64,000 bases of DNA from the human T2T-CHM13v2.0 reference genome, Homo sapiens, in NCBI RefSeq assembly GCF_009914755.1, contig NC_060927.1; one strand, given 5' to 3'. The position numbers were made by a program, and so were the translations under genes. How positions within the stretch are numbered: the stretch's first letter is position 1; each line of letters begins with the position of its first letter. This document shows, one piece after another, positions 23,734-41,908 of the stretch. The notes beneath the pieces are model-generated. The model saw only the letters and a program-made list of their open reading frames with translations, had not been told where the DNA came from and ran no database searches.

Positions 23734-23787
23734 CTCCTTGCCTTTTGCCTTCTCCATACTTGTAGAAGAAGCGGAGCCTCGCAACAT
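23734..23787 (-). CDS. DPPA4: DPPA4 exon 1 coding part (MLRGSASSTSMEKAKGKE)
   Basis: ATG at 23787-23785, donor GAG|gtcagt. Exon sum 54+124+161+51+289+199+37 = 915 nt = 304 aa plus stop. Confidence 0.95.
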
Positions 23788-23916
23788 GCTTCCAAAATGG
23801 CCCCTGCCCCAAGATTGCTATTTGCAAAGTCTCCTCCCACTTCCTGCCGCCCGAAGACCCTTTTTCTCTCCACCTCACCTCTTCTTTTCTTCTCCCCTTC
23901 TGTTCCCTCCCCCACA

Positions 23917-23932
23917 ATTTGTAAATGCTAAA
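23917..23932 (+). promoter_or_regulatory. SOX2-OCT4 composite element in the DPPA4 promoter (ATTTGTA-A-ATGCTAAA)
   Basis: An HMG half-site (TTTGT) and an octamer-like ATGCTAAA with one extra spacer base, 130 bp upstream of the ATG. DPPA4 is an established SOX2/OCT4 target. Confidence 0.75.
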
Positions 23933-25091
23933 ATTGCATTCTTTCTTATTCATGGGGTGACTTTTGTCTGGGTTGAATTACTAATACTATTCCTGGCCCT
24001 TTTCTGTTCACTTTAAATGTAATTATCCAAAGTATGGTTCCGGAGACATTGGGAGATTGAGCACTCCTTCAGAACGATTCTACGGGGAAAAAAAACAAAA
24101 AACAAAAAACAAAAAAACAGTGGCCAGAGACTTGAGCAGGATGTGTGAAGGGATTTAATAATGGAACTTGTGGCAACAGTAGACTTCAGAGACCAGACTG
24201 GCGGCTTGAAGAAAGCTATTTTCTCGTACCAAATACATTCCATTTCCTAAGTAAGTTACTCAACCAACTAAAACTCCAGGTTTCTCTGTACTAATACCGA
24301 GCATCTTTTCATCTGCCAACGAACTAATAATAGTAGCTTTTAAAGTCTATAGAGTATTTGTTATTTATTTTGTAGAGGGCAAGTGGGGGGGTCTGGCTAT
24401 TTTGACCTGGCTGGTCTCGAACTCCTGCCCTCAAGTAATTCTCCAGCCTTGTCCTCCCAAAGTGTTGGGATTACAGGCGTGAGCCACCACTCCCCGCCCG
24501 AGTATTTTTTTATATCTCAAATTGTGAGTTTTAAATTCAGTCATTATTGTTCCCCATTTTATATATGACTAAAGTTGGTATAAATTTTTATTGGTAACTT
24601 TTTCAATAGCACAGTAAGTGAACCCCTAACCTACTGACTCCCAAAGAAGTTCAAGTTTTTCTCCTTAAAATAATTTGAAAAATCTTTCCTCAGATCAGTG
24701 CTCCCTGTCAGATTGTCAAGAGATGTGAAGTGAAGGAAGCAGTGGCTGTGCGACTGAAACCCTCCCTTGTCAGGGTCCAAAGTCTCTTTTGTTCTTTGGT
24801 TTACTTTGTTGTTTTTTTTTCCTACATCTCATTGCTTGTCCTAAAATGATAAATAAGAGACTGTCTTTATCCAAATGGTGTTAGTAATCTGCTCACAGGC
24901 TAGAAATCCACGGACAGAAAAAGTAAGTAAACGGAGCCCAGGAATAGAGAAGGAAGTGCAGGTTGTGGACTGGGCAACCCCCAAGGCGGCAAAGAGGAAA
25001 CCAGGTGAGTTGAGGTCATCTGGGAGATATTAGGGCTTTGATTTAACAATTCTTTACCACAGCCTTTGGTAACCACCAGTAGGACTTTCTA

Positions 25092-25544
<453 letters not shown>

Positions 25545-25740
25545 TTAGCAGCTAGCCAGACAGGATTTAAACCCAACCTCCCCTTCACTAGCTGTGTGAC
25601 CTGGGCAATAACGTTAGGTCTCTTTGTTTTCTCATCCATGAAATGAGAGTCATGAAAATAATAGCCTTTACTTAGAGGGTTGTGGGCATGTCTGGAGAAA
25701 ACAGTGTCTGGAGAAAACAGTGGCTGGCACAGCACATGTT
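25545..25740. mobile_element. MIR fragment with an internal 16-bp tandem duplication (TGTCTGGAGAAAACAG x2, 25689-25720)
   Basis: MIR core: actagctgtgtgacctgggcaa...tttctcatccatgaaatgag. Confidence 0.7.
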
Positions 25741-27103
25741 GGGATCAGAAGAGCAGGGCGTGGTGGCTCATGCCAGTAATCCCAGCACTTTGGGAGGCAG
25801 GAGAATCGCTTGAGCTCATGAGTTCAAGACCAGCCTGGGCAATATAGTGAAACCCCATTTCTACCAAAAATACAAAAAATTACCAGGCGTGGTGGCGCAG
25901 GGGTGCCAGCTACTCGAGAGGCTGAGGTGGGAGGATCGCTTGAGTCCAAGAGGTGGAGGTTGCAGTGTGATCATGCCGCTGTACTCCAGTCTGGGTGACA
26001 TAGTGAGACCTTGTTTCAAGAAAAAGACAAAAAAAAAAAAAAAAAAAAGAGTTGGAGAGGAATGAATTTGAGAGATTTAGGGGTATTCTGGTTGGGTTTT
26101 CTTTTATTTTTCCTTTTCCTTTTTTTTTTTTTAAGAGGTCTCCCTATATTGCCCAGGCTGGTCCCAGGTGAAACTCCTGGTCTCACATGATCCTCCAGCT
26201 GTAGCCTCCCGAGTAGCTGGGACTAAAGGCCAGCACCCCTAAGCCCAGCTTTTTCTTTTCGCTTTCTTTTTTTATAAAAAGTTTTTTAATTGTGTAAAAT
26301 GAACTGAATTAATGAGTCCTTTAGTTTACCCGGAGGCAGTGAGTCTTCCAAAGTCATTAATCTGCATCTGCAGAAAACAAACCAGCATTGATTCATATGT
26401 AACACTGTTTCCTAACAGAATGGAGAGAGGGGGCAGGAGGTGTGGCTGTGGGGGAGGGAGGGAACCCTTGTCTGTGTCTCTCTGCTGTGTATTCCAGAAG
26501 CGCTGAGTCAAAAGCTGGGTTTATTTAATATCTATATAGAGTTCCCCAATTTATAACAGTGCATGAAAATACCTCTTTCCCCATGTCCAAGAGTCTAGTA
26601 TTTTAACAAGTACACTAGTACTTGACACACCTAATTTATAATAATTCTACCTTGTAGTATCTCCTATAGTGGATAATCATTGCCGTTTTAGTGGTTATTT
26701 TACTGTAGGAAAAGGTGAGTCAGTTAAAATTAAATTTAGGGAGTAAGGCAGATCATGAGGTTAATTAATAACTTTTGTTTAAAAAGGGAAAAGTTGGAGG
26801 TAGATGATAGATCTGGTTATCATCAAAAACAAGAAAACCCAAACCTATTTGCTTATAAACAATTTCCCTCCCTCCCTCATTTCCTCCCTTCCTTCATATC
26901 TTATTTTTATTTTTTATTTGAGACAGAGTCTCGCTCTGTAGTCCAGGCTGGAGTGCAGTGGCGCAATCTCAGCTCACTGCAACCTATGCCTCCTGGGTTT
27001 TTAAGCGATTCTCGTGCCTCAGCTTCCCAAATAGCTGGGATTACAGGCGCCAGCCACCACGCCCGGCTAATTTTTTTTTTTTTTTTTTAATTTTTTTTTT
27101 TGA

Positions 27104-27247
<144 letters not shown>

Positions 27248-27366
27248 TAATTTTTTGTATTTTTAGTAGAGACGGGGTTTCACCTTTAGCCAGGATGGTC
27301 TCGATTTCCTGACCTCAAGTGACCCGCCCGCCTTGGCCTCCCAAAGTGCTGGGATTACAGGCGTGA

Positions 27367-27582
<216 letters not shown>

Positions 27583-27709
27583 TAGTAGAAACGGGGTTTC
27601 ACCGTGTTAGCCAGGATGGTCTCCATCTCCTGACCTCGCGATCCGCCCGCCTCGGGCTCCCAAAGTGCTGGGATTACAGGCGTGAGCCACCGCGCCCCGC
27701 CATATCTTA

Positions 27710-28123
<414 letters not shown>

Positions 28124-28319
28124 TTAGACATCCTCTTTTAAAAAAAAAATAACATATTGGGGGTGGGTGGGTTGGTCTCCTTCCATTCCTCAGGCTGGTC
28201 TCAAAACTCCTGAACTCCAGGGATCAAAAGATCCTCCCGCTTTAGCCTTCTGAGCAGTTGCAGGTGTGCACCACCACATCCTGTTTGGACATTTACTTTA
28301 AAGAACTGGATTTACTAAC

Positions 28320-28497
28320 CAGGGGGCAGATTTACCATGAAGCTAATTAAGTTTCAGGTCCTTTACTTGCACTGGCCCATTCCAAGTTGCTGTCAGGCCC
28401 CTGGCAAGCTTGCATTCGTAATTATATATATATATTTTTTCTTATAGAGGGACCACCAGAATTGTATAACCTTCAGGCTCCACAGATCGGCTTCAGT
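28320..28497. mobile_element. MER53-like hAT MITE
   Basis: cagggggcagatttaccatgaagctaat...tcaggtcctttacttgcactggccc...attgtataaccttcaggctccaca resembles the MER53 consensus as recalled. Confidence 0.65.
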
Positions 28498-29624
28498 GAC
28501 AATGCTTACACATTGAAATGTTTGTTTAAAACAGTAACACAGGCTGGGCGTTGGTGGCTCACACCTGTAATCCCAGTACTTTGGGAGGCTGAGGCAGGCG
28601 GATCACTTGAGGTCAGGAGTTCGAGACCAGCCTGGCTAACATGGTGGAACCCCGTCTCTACTAAAAATACAAAAATTAGCCTGGCGTGGTGGCACACGCC
28701 TGTAATCTCTGCTACTCAGGAGGCAGGAGAATTGCTTGGACCTGGGAGGCAGAGGTTGCCGTGAGCCGAGATTGCGCCATGCATTCCAGCCTAGGTGAAA
28801 GAGCGAGACTCCGTCTCAAAACGAAACAAAAAACAGTAACGCATCTGGGAAATCTCCCCTAATATGCTTTCCTTTTTCTTCCTCTACTAGTTCCATGCTC
28901 CCAACCCCCAATTAATTGTGCTCCAGCAGAATCATCTCGATTATTAGGTTTTCACTTTTTGACTCTCTTCCTAAGTGCTAAGTGCCAAAGGAATTCTGTG
29001 TCCTAGGGCCATAATTAGCACATATGAAATTTTGTATACATTAAAAAAAAAAAACCACTTTGGGGCTGACAAATTGCAAAAAGACTTAAGTGCACCAATT
29101 AGAAAAAGTTGCTACTTCCTCCAGGCTCTTGCAACTGTGAGTGAAGTCACAGGGCTTGGCAAATGGCTCCTGAGCTTTATTTCAGCCCAATTCTTGTCCG
29201 TTCTCAGGTCCCCCTCTCAGAGACTACAATCTGTACAACCATAGGGGCAGCCCTGTGTCCCTACTTTATTTCAAGTTTGTTAAACAGATTCAGATGCTTT
29301 TTAAAAAATCCATTTTATGGCTGGGCGCGGTGGCTCACGCCTGTAATCCCAGCACTTTGGGAGGTCGAGACAGGTGGATCATGAGGTCAGGAGATGGAGA
29401 CCATCCTGACTAATATGGTGAAACCCTGTCTATACTAAAATACAAAAAAATTAGCCGGGCGTGGTGGCAGGCGCCTGTAGTCCCAGCTACTCAGGAGGCT
29501 GAGGCAGAAGAATAGTGTGAACCTGGGAGTTGGATCTTGCAGTGAGCTGAGATGGCGCCACTGCACTCCAGCCTGGGCAACAGAGCGAGACTCCATCTCA
29601 AAAAAACAAAAAAATCCATTTTAA

Positions 29625-31960
<2,336 letters not shown>

Positions 31961-33942
31961 CCTCACATGCTTTTGAAGCCAAGATATATGACTGTATGTT
32001 TATCAACACTCAAGGAGATTCATCACTGTTGTAGAGGACATTGATAAGTTTCCCAAAGTGTGTTTTTCAGCAAGTCAACTGATAGTGCCTGTAGACTGAA
32101 TAGTGTTGATTTCCCAAGTCATTTGCTGATACATTTCTGGGGAAGAGAGGCAGTTGTGAGACTGCAGGCCCTAATGAAACGATTTCAGTTGAAAACAGGC
32201 TGGCTCTGAACTATTCTTTGTTATCATAAGAACTCACTGAAATATAATGACCTACTTTGAAGTAAAGGAAGGAGCTCATAAAGATTTAGGTAAGATGAAG
32301 TGACTGAGATCATTTTTTCAGCTCCCTCTGTCAGCATCCTTACTTCCTTCTTCTCGTTACCCATCAAGTCCTAATGAATCTACCTTCTAAATGTTTCTCA
32401 GGGCTGATTCTTCGTTTTCATCCTCTAGTACTATCTGCATTCAGGATCTCATTTCATCTCACCTGCATCACTGTGATAGCTTCCTTATTGATGCTTTTGT
32501 CTTCATCCGGTCTCTCACCCCTTCCAAACCATCCTCCACGTGAGCCTGGCTATGGAAGGCTGTTCTGCCCATCTCCAGGGAACACAGCTCTGATGTGAAT
32601 GGCACCCCCTGGAGTTCTTTCATTTCTTGTATCCCAACAACTCGGGGAATAGAAAACATGAGTACCTGAGGCTTTTTTACATACATAATCATCCCAAGGA
32701 ATTTATGAGTGAGAGTTTCTAAAAGCAAGCTAATTTAATCCTGTAGCATGTTTGCATTTTTGCTCAAAAGCCTTAACTCTTGTTAAATATAATTCACTTT
32801 CCTGTGGCTTTAAATGTTACCCAGCTCTGAAATAAGGTGGCTTTTATGATAAGAATTGCTTTCCTCCTGAGCTTGAAGCACAGCCATGCGTAGAACAGTA
32901 AAACTAACTTAAATGAGAATGATTACTAAATAACTGTGGCTTCAAAGAGAAGATAGGTAATAATACTTTGCATTCATACAAGCCTGCCTTTCATTTGAGT
33001 ATCGCAAAGGAAAGCAAAATGTAGCTGATGCTGTGTTATGGTTGAAAATTACAACTGCGCAATTTCTTTATTCCTGTTTCCCCTCTCAAATATGATACCG
33101 AGTTAAAGCATCTCTAGAATTCAATGTGTATTGATTTTGAACACAGGCTTTTTCTGTCTGTTTTCTACCCCTTTAACATCAACCACAAGTTGCAAAGGCA
33201 TCAGTGAACCACATGCTTTTGTGGTTTTGAAGCATTTGCTATCACTGGAGAAAAATATAATGATAAAGGATAGAAGAATTTCTTACTCAGCTGTTTTAAA
33301 CTTATGGTGGAAAAATAAAGAGATGAAGATAGAGACAGAATATTCTCTGCACCCCCAGAATCAGTTCATTCATGGTGCTAACAAACACTTCAAGAATGTG
33401 CCAGAGAACTCGCCTGATTCACTTTACTGAAACACAAGATTCACAAGGTATGCTTAGTGGTATAAAAGGTAACTGTTTCCATTAAGGCCCTGAATTACAA
33501 TACTGTGAATGTTCTGAATATTGATAGATCTAGAAATCCTAGAAGTACATTGGTAGGGACCCTCTTTACATACTTCCTCTTGTGAGGTTGTAAACTTCTT
33601 TTTGGTGGCTTTAAAATAGTAATATAGGCCAGGCATGGTGGCTTACACCTGTTATCCCAACACTTTGGGAGGCCGAGGCAGGCAGATCGCCTGAGGTTAG
33701 GAGTTCGAGACCATCCTGGTCAACATGGTGAAACCCCGTCTCTACTAAAAACACAAAAATTAGCCGGGCGTGGGTAGCGTGCATCTGTAATCCCAGCTAC
33801 TCGGGAGGCTGAAGCAGAATTGCTTGAACCCGGGAGGTGGAGGTTGCGGCGAGCCAAGATCACACCACTGCAACTCCAGCCTGGACAAGACTCAGTCTCA
33901 AAATAAAATAAAAAAATAAAAAAATAATGGTTTCATATATAA

Positions 33943-34161
<219 letters not shown>

Positions 34162-34317
34162 TAGTAGAGACGGGGTTTCACCGTGTCAGCCAGGATGGTC
34201 TCGATCTTCTGACCTCGTGATCCGCCCGCCTTGGCCTCCCAAAGTGTTGGGATTACAGGCGTGAGCCACCGCGCCTGGCCCAGGTCATATATATCTTTCA
34301 TTTTTTTTTTTTTTTGA

Positions 34318-34476
<159 letters not shown>

Positions 34477-34661
34477 TAGTAGAGACAGAGTTTCTCCAAG
34501 TTGGCCAGGCTGGTCTCAAACTCCTGAACTCAGGTGATCCTCCCGCCTCAGCCTCCCAAAGTGCTGGGATTACAGGCGTGAGCCACTGTACCTGCTCATA
34601 AATCTTTCATCTTTTACTAAAACTAATTTTTTGTTTTTTTTTGGAGACGGACTCTCGCTAG

Positions 34662-34856
<195 letters not shown>

Positions 34857-35123
34857 TAAAATCTAAATAGCCACATATGTTCAGTGGCGTCCATGTTTAG
34901 ATGGCACAGCTATGTCTCCTTACATCCTTGACTATGGTTCCTTTTTTAGATCAACCCTCACCTCCAAGGAGAACTACTAATGTAGGCAATTAGCAGCAAT
35001 TATAGCAGGATAGTCTCAGAAAACCATTGGAATTGGTGCAGTCTTGTGTGGGTGCATTATCTAGGGAGCTTCCCATTTTGTCTATGTATGGAATTGTTTT
35101 TAAAGAGAATAGATAAGACCATT

Positions 35124-35514
35124 TGTCTTAGTTTGTGCTGCTATAACAAAATACCACAGACTGAATAATCTATAAACAATAGACATTTATTTTTTATAGA
35201 TCCATAGACAAAGAAGTCCATGGTCAAGGCATCAGGTGATGAGGCCCCAGTCTCTCTGCATCTAAGATGGTGCTTTGTTGCTGCATCCCCTGGAGGGAAG
35301 GAACGCTATGTCCTCACAAAGCAGAAGGGACAGAAAGGGCAAAAAGGGGTCAAACTCCCTCCATCAAGCCCTTTTATAATGGCATTAACCCATTAATGAG
35401 GGCAGAGTCCAAATGACCTAAAGGCCTCCCAAAAGGCCCTACCTCCCAATACTGTTGCATTGGTAATTAAGTTACCAAGATATGAATTTTGGGGGACACA
35501 TTCAGACTATAGCA
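35124..35514 (-). mobile_element. Complete solo ERVL-MaLR LTR (MST family)
   Basis: TG...CA termini, a perfect 5-bp TSD CCATT (35119-35123 and 35515-35519), and MST-like text (gctgctataacaaaataccacagactg...ggggacacattcagactatagca). Confidence 0.85.
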
Positions 35515-36855
35515 CCATTCAATCCACATGACCCTTATATTAGCCTATGTAATACCAAAAGTAGTAATTAGGTTATTTACACAGATTGATTACCCTGTGT
35601 AGACAGTGAACAACGGCTCTGATGCACAATTAAGATGAACTTCACAAATACTGTCCTAGAGATGACTTTGGTAAAGGGTCATAGAAAACTTTATGAAATG
35701 CATTTTTTTTTTTTTTGAGACGGAGTCTTGCTCTGTCCCCCAGGCTGGAGTGCAGTGGCTCAATCTCGGCTCACTGCAAGCTCTGCCTCCCGGATTCATG
35801 CCATTCTCCTGCCTCAGCCTCCCGGAGTAGCTGGGACTACCAGCTCCTGCCACCACACTCGGCTAATTTTTTGTATTTTTAGTAGAGACGGGGTTTCACC
35901 GTGTTAGCCAGGATGGTCTCAATCTCCTGACCTCGCGATCCGCCCGCCTCTGCCTCCTAAAGTGCTGGGATTACAGGCGTGAGCCACCGTGCCCGGCCAT
36001 GAAATGCATTTTTTAAGCATGTTAGAATATTTAGGTATGATACCTCATTTGATTTGATTCAGAGGCAATTTTCAGACAAATGTCCAAAGGAGAGAGAGAG
36101 ACTCAGCTAGTGGACATAAGCTTTCTTGACACTACAGTGAAAAAGATATTAAGAATATTAAATCCCTTCTGCTCACGTGGGGAAGTTCATTAGCAAGAGC
36201 CAGAGGTCAATTCCAACAAACATATACTGACTCCTATGGGCCAGCACTGACAAGAATTTAATGATAGCGCAGTTGTGTTCCTGGCAGATGCATGATGAGA
36301 GTTGTGCTTTAGGAAACTTACTTTGATCAGGGGCTATTGTGGGACTTCTTGCTAGGGACAGGGAAGACCAGAATGAGGTGGTTGTTGGTGGGACCGGAAA
36401 GGCAAGTTATGTGAAGCCTTGCAAAGTCAGAATCTCAGGGGAACTTATAAGATATGGGAATTAAACTTTGTTATAATAATGAGGTTTAAATTTGGGTACT
36501 AGGAAATGGTGCTATTATTCACATCACATTAGAACAAAAGAGATATGGAAGAGAGGAAGATGTACTGTGAACTTGAGTGATTCCTCCCTTCTTGGTTTTT
36601 GCAGAGCACTTCATATAGGTTGCATAGTTTTTATTCTACAAAATAATGCTTTGCTGGATTGGGAGTTCCTAGATTACAAGGACTACATGTTATTTAACTT
36701 TATATTGCTAGTACTAGACTAAAGGCCTAGCACAGAGATATTGACTAAGTCATGAGTAAATGACTGAATGGATGAATAAAGAAAATGCTAGGGGCCCGGC
36801 GAAGTGGTTCACGTCTATAATCCCAGCACTTCGGGAGGCCAAGGCGGGTGGATCA

Positions 36856-37114
<259 letters not shown>

Positions 37115-38356
37115 TTAGTTCTCTTAATTGCTGCCAAGCCTAAGTTTAGGTGTCTCCACAGCAGTGTTGCCATTGGCTCAGATAAGGAATATTAATGTCG
37201 AATATATGTCATAGGTCTGGGTTTTGGTTGGTAAGTGGTGGTGGGTGGTAGTGCGGGTATGTGGTGTGAAGTAAGCAGAGGGTATTGTGTGATGGATAGA
37301 AGAAAAGACATCTAAGTAGGTACATTTATTTATTTAATGTATTTATTTTAATCTTTTTTGTCCTTCTTTTTAAAACAATATTTTTTTGTAGAGGTGGGTT
37401 CTCACTAAGTTGCTCAGACTAGTCTCGAACTCCTGTGTTCAAGCGATCCTCCTGCCTTGGCCTCCCAAAGGGCTGCGATTACAAGTGGTACATTTATTTT
37501 TAGTATGCTCCTACTTCCCTTTCTATTACTATGATTAAATTTTGTTTCTCTATTTCCTAATTCTCAGATATCTATTCATTTATTAACTCAACTAACATGC
37601 ATTTTCACCTAATGTATACCAGGCATTGTGTAATGTGCTGGGATACAAAATCCAAAGAGCAATTTCTGGAGTGCAGGTTATCCTAGCCATTAGGCTTGTG
37701 CTGTTCTCTTGCAATTCATATTAGCATGCCCAGTGAGTCTTTGATAGTCTCTTTGTTTTTTGGTGCAATATGATATCCCATGTTTATCTTACATTGCATC
37801 ATTTCTCTTTGAAATAGTTCCCCTTACTTCAAAGAAATGCATAGTAAAATTTATGCTATCTAAAAATGTCTTTTTTTCTGCTTTAAACATCTATTTCATA
37901 GGGAGAATGTTTCAACCTTGAAAAGTATTAACATTGGGTCTTTATTAGTTGTAAAATATGTATTTACTTTTTTAAGTTTAAAGGCATCTTGATAATTTTC
38001 CATGAGACTTAGCAAAATTCCAATATTGATATTTAATATTTTAAAGTAAGCCTCTTTCTTAGTGATTCCAATATAGATCCAATATCTGCTTTGGATATAA
38101 TAATGATCTATAGTATAAATTGGGTAAAAACCATATTCAAATGGCATATCTTTTAAAACACTAACTTTGTTTTGGGAAGCAACAATTTTGCAGTGGCATG
38201 ATCTCGGCTCACTGCAACCTCGGCCTCCCGGGTTCAAGCGATTCTTCTGTCTCAGCCTCCGCGTAGCTGGGACTACAGGCACATGCCACCATGCCCAACC
38301 AATTTTTGTAGTTTTAGTAGAGACGGGATTTCACCATGTTGTCCAGGCTGGTCTCA

Positions 38357-38506
<150 letters not shown>

Positions 38507-38581
38507 CTACCTTTTTTTGTCCCTTATCATTCTTCTTGCTTAAGAAATAAATGTATCATGCTTTCCCACATGATAATTTGA

Positions 38582-38740
<159 letters not shown>

Positions 38741-40790
38741 TGATATTTTTAGTTTTTGAGGAGACACGGTCTCACTATGCTTCACAAGCTGGTCTGGAAC
38801 CTGTGGCTCAATGATCCTCCTGCCTCAGCCTCCCAAAGTGCTGAGATTACAGGCGTGAGCCACTGCTCCCAGCCTAGAGTTGTTTACTTTCTTTTCCACT
38901 CAGTTTGAGCATTTGTATAGGAAAAATAGCTAATAATAAGGATGCTGTCTAAATAATTACTTGGAAAGTAATGAACTTTTATAGAATATTTGATTCATAA
39001 ACTTAAAAGATTATGTAAATTAGTAACATTAGTTAATAACATTGAAATACTTTCAATAGGTTTTGGGCATTGGGAAAATGATTTTAAAATGAAAATACTT
39101 TCATCATTCATTAATGCCAGTACAGCATGACTTGCTCTTAGTTTGCATAAATAATGTAGGTGCATTCTTCAGAAAAGGTAACCATCTTTGCTAAAGCTCT
39201 TCATGGTGCCTAGCAGAATTTAGAAGCTATAATCTCAGTTGATGTAGTCAGCTTCAGAACTGTCTTACCCTTACAGATGGAATGTCAGTATTGCAACTGT
39301 GATGCCTTTATATCATGTGAGAAGAACAATAGAGTCCTGGGAGGCAAGTGCAGATGACCCCAAGGTCCTTGTGGACAAGGAAGTAAAAGCTAAGAAGAAA
39401 TGGCACGTTTCTTAGGAAACATTTCAATATTGTTATTTATACAAGGATGCAGAGAACAGTACAGCTGGAGAATTAAATGGAGAGATCAGCGCACAGATGG
39501 GTAAGAAAGCACTGTTTTGCCAACTGGATAACATCTGGCACATTAGAGTCAACCTAAATACCTAACAAGCTAAACAAAAGTTCAAGTAGCAGATGATCTC
39601 TTTATCTTTCTGCAAAGAGCAGGAACATAGCAGCCAAAAATGAGTCATGTTAGATGTGGAAATAAGAGATACAGTTTAAAAAATAAAATCCTCCTTTAAA
39701 CAGTTATGGAATATGCAGCTGGAATTGTAGCAATCAGGAAAGTGAGAAGAAGGCAGTTTATAGAAAACCTATAAACTATTAACTCCATTGCAGTGGTTTA
39801 CTATATAAAATACAGCAAATTTGTCTTCCACTCAAGATTGCTAGCATTTATCAGATTATCAGCAGTGCTTATAAGGCAAAACAAACAATTTTTTCAGAAG
39901 TAAAGCAGAGACATATATTGGTAATCAATTACAGGTCCATGACTCTAATAAAGCTTTTTTTGAGATCAACTTATAAAATGTTCTATGCATTATCAATATT
40001 TTTAGGTGACTTTCATGCCAGAATTTCTATTCTTGGCTCTTTCTCTATATTTTGCATCACCATGCCTGGGATACCTTTCTGAGACAGTGAATCCAATCTG
40101 AGGTTTAGTCACAGTAACAGAAATTAAAATGGCATCAAAAATCCAATCTGTTTTTTGTTATTTTCTGACTTAGGGAGGAAAAAACCCAAGTTGGCAATTT
40201 GACCTTCATATTTGATGTTTCATTATTGAAGAAATGTAATTTTCAAGTTTTTATGTTATTTTATTTTTTTATTTTTCGGATTCAGGGTCTCGTTCTATTG
40301 CCCAGGCTCTCTGAGGAGGGAACATACAAATGGAGAACTGAATAACAGGAAGGAGCCAATTACATAAAGAATGAGGCAAGAACATTCTAGACAGCGGACA
40401 GAGCTAGTGCTAAGGTCCTAAGGCAGGAATAAACATCATTAGGAACAAAGCATGGAAAATATAATGTGTGTGTGATGAAATTACTGGTTGCATTAAATAT
40501 GATGGCAATGACAGTACAAATAGTAGATAATTAACAAATCCTTAGGAGAGGAAATAAATTTAAAGTGTCCATGAATGGTGCTGATAACTGCAATGTGGTC
40601 ACAAAAACGAGCCAGACACGTTTACAAAGGTCCGGATGTAACAGAATGAGTGAGTTTAATTCCTGAATTAATTCCAGTGACTCCTGGCCTAGACTCAAAG
40701 CCATCATAAGAACATCATCAGAATGGATCCAAAGAGTAGAATATTTTTTCTGCAGTTCGAACTTTAGGAAGAAGTCAGACTATAACATCA

Positions 40791-41090
<300 letters not shown>

Positions 41091-41557
41091 TCAAAAAAAA
41101 TAAAAAAGGGCGATGGCCTATAACAAACCCAATCCTCACTCTCACCTCCACTTTTAAATCTCTCTTTAAAAAGCACTGTAAAAATATTTTATACAATCTT
41201 CTAGTTCTTTTGTAGTATTGGCCAGTAAATATTACTATTTATCATCAGTAAGGGAAATAAATCTTAGACTTCCATCTCCTCCCAATTTAATACTTTTAAA
41301 TAAGTTTTAAATGAAATTTGCATTTCCGTGAAATTATTCATTCTACTCTGACCCTTCGTGAGTAGTTTCAATGCTTTTGCTTACAAGCTGTCAAGCTGCA
41401 GATTTAAAATGGTAACTACTTGTTGAGGCTGAAAGTTCAGAAAACCTAAAGAGAATGAGATACTGTTTTCATAGTTCCCTTAAATAAGTAATGAGGCCGG
41501 GCGCGGTGGCTCACGCTTGTAATCCCAGCACTTTGGAAGGCTGAGGCGGGCGGATCA

Positions 41558-41908
<351 letters not shown>

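Noticed and set aside
28320-28497. MER53-like element as a miRNA hairpin (the miR-1302 family derives from MER53)
   Set aside because: This copy is diverged and its inverted ends are degraded. A hairpin or its expression cannot be supported from sequence alone.
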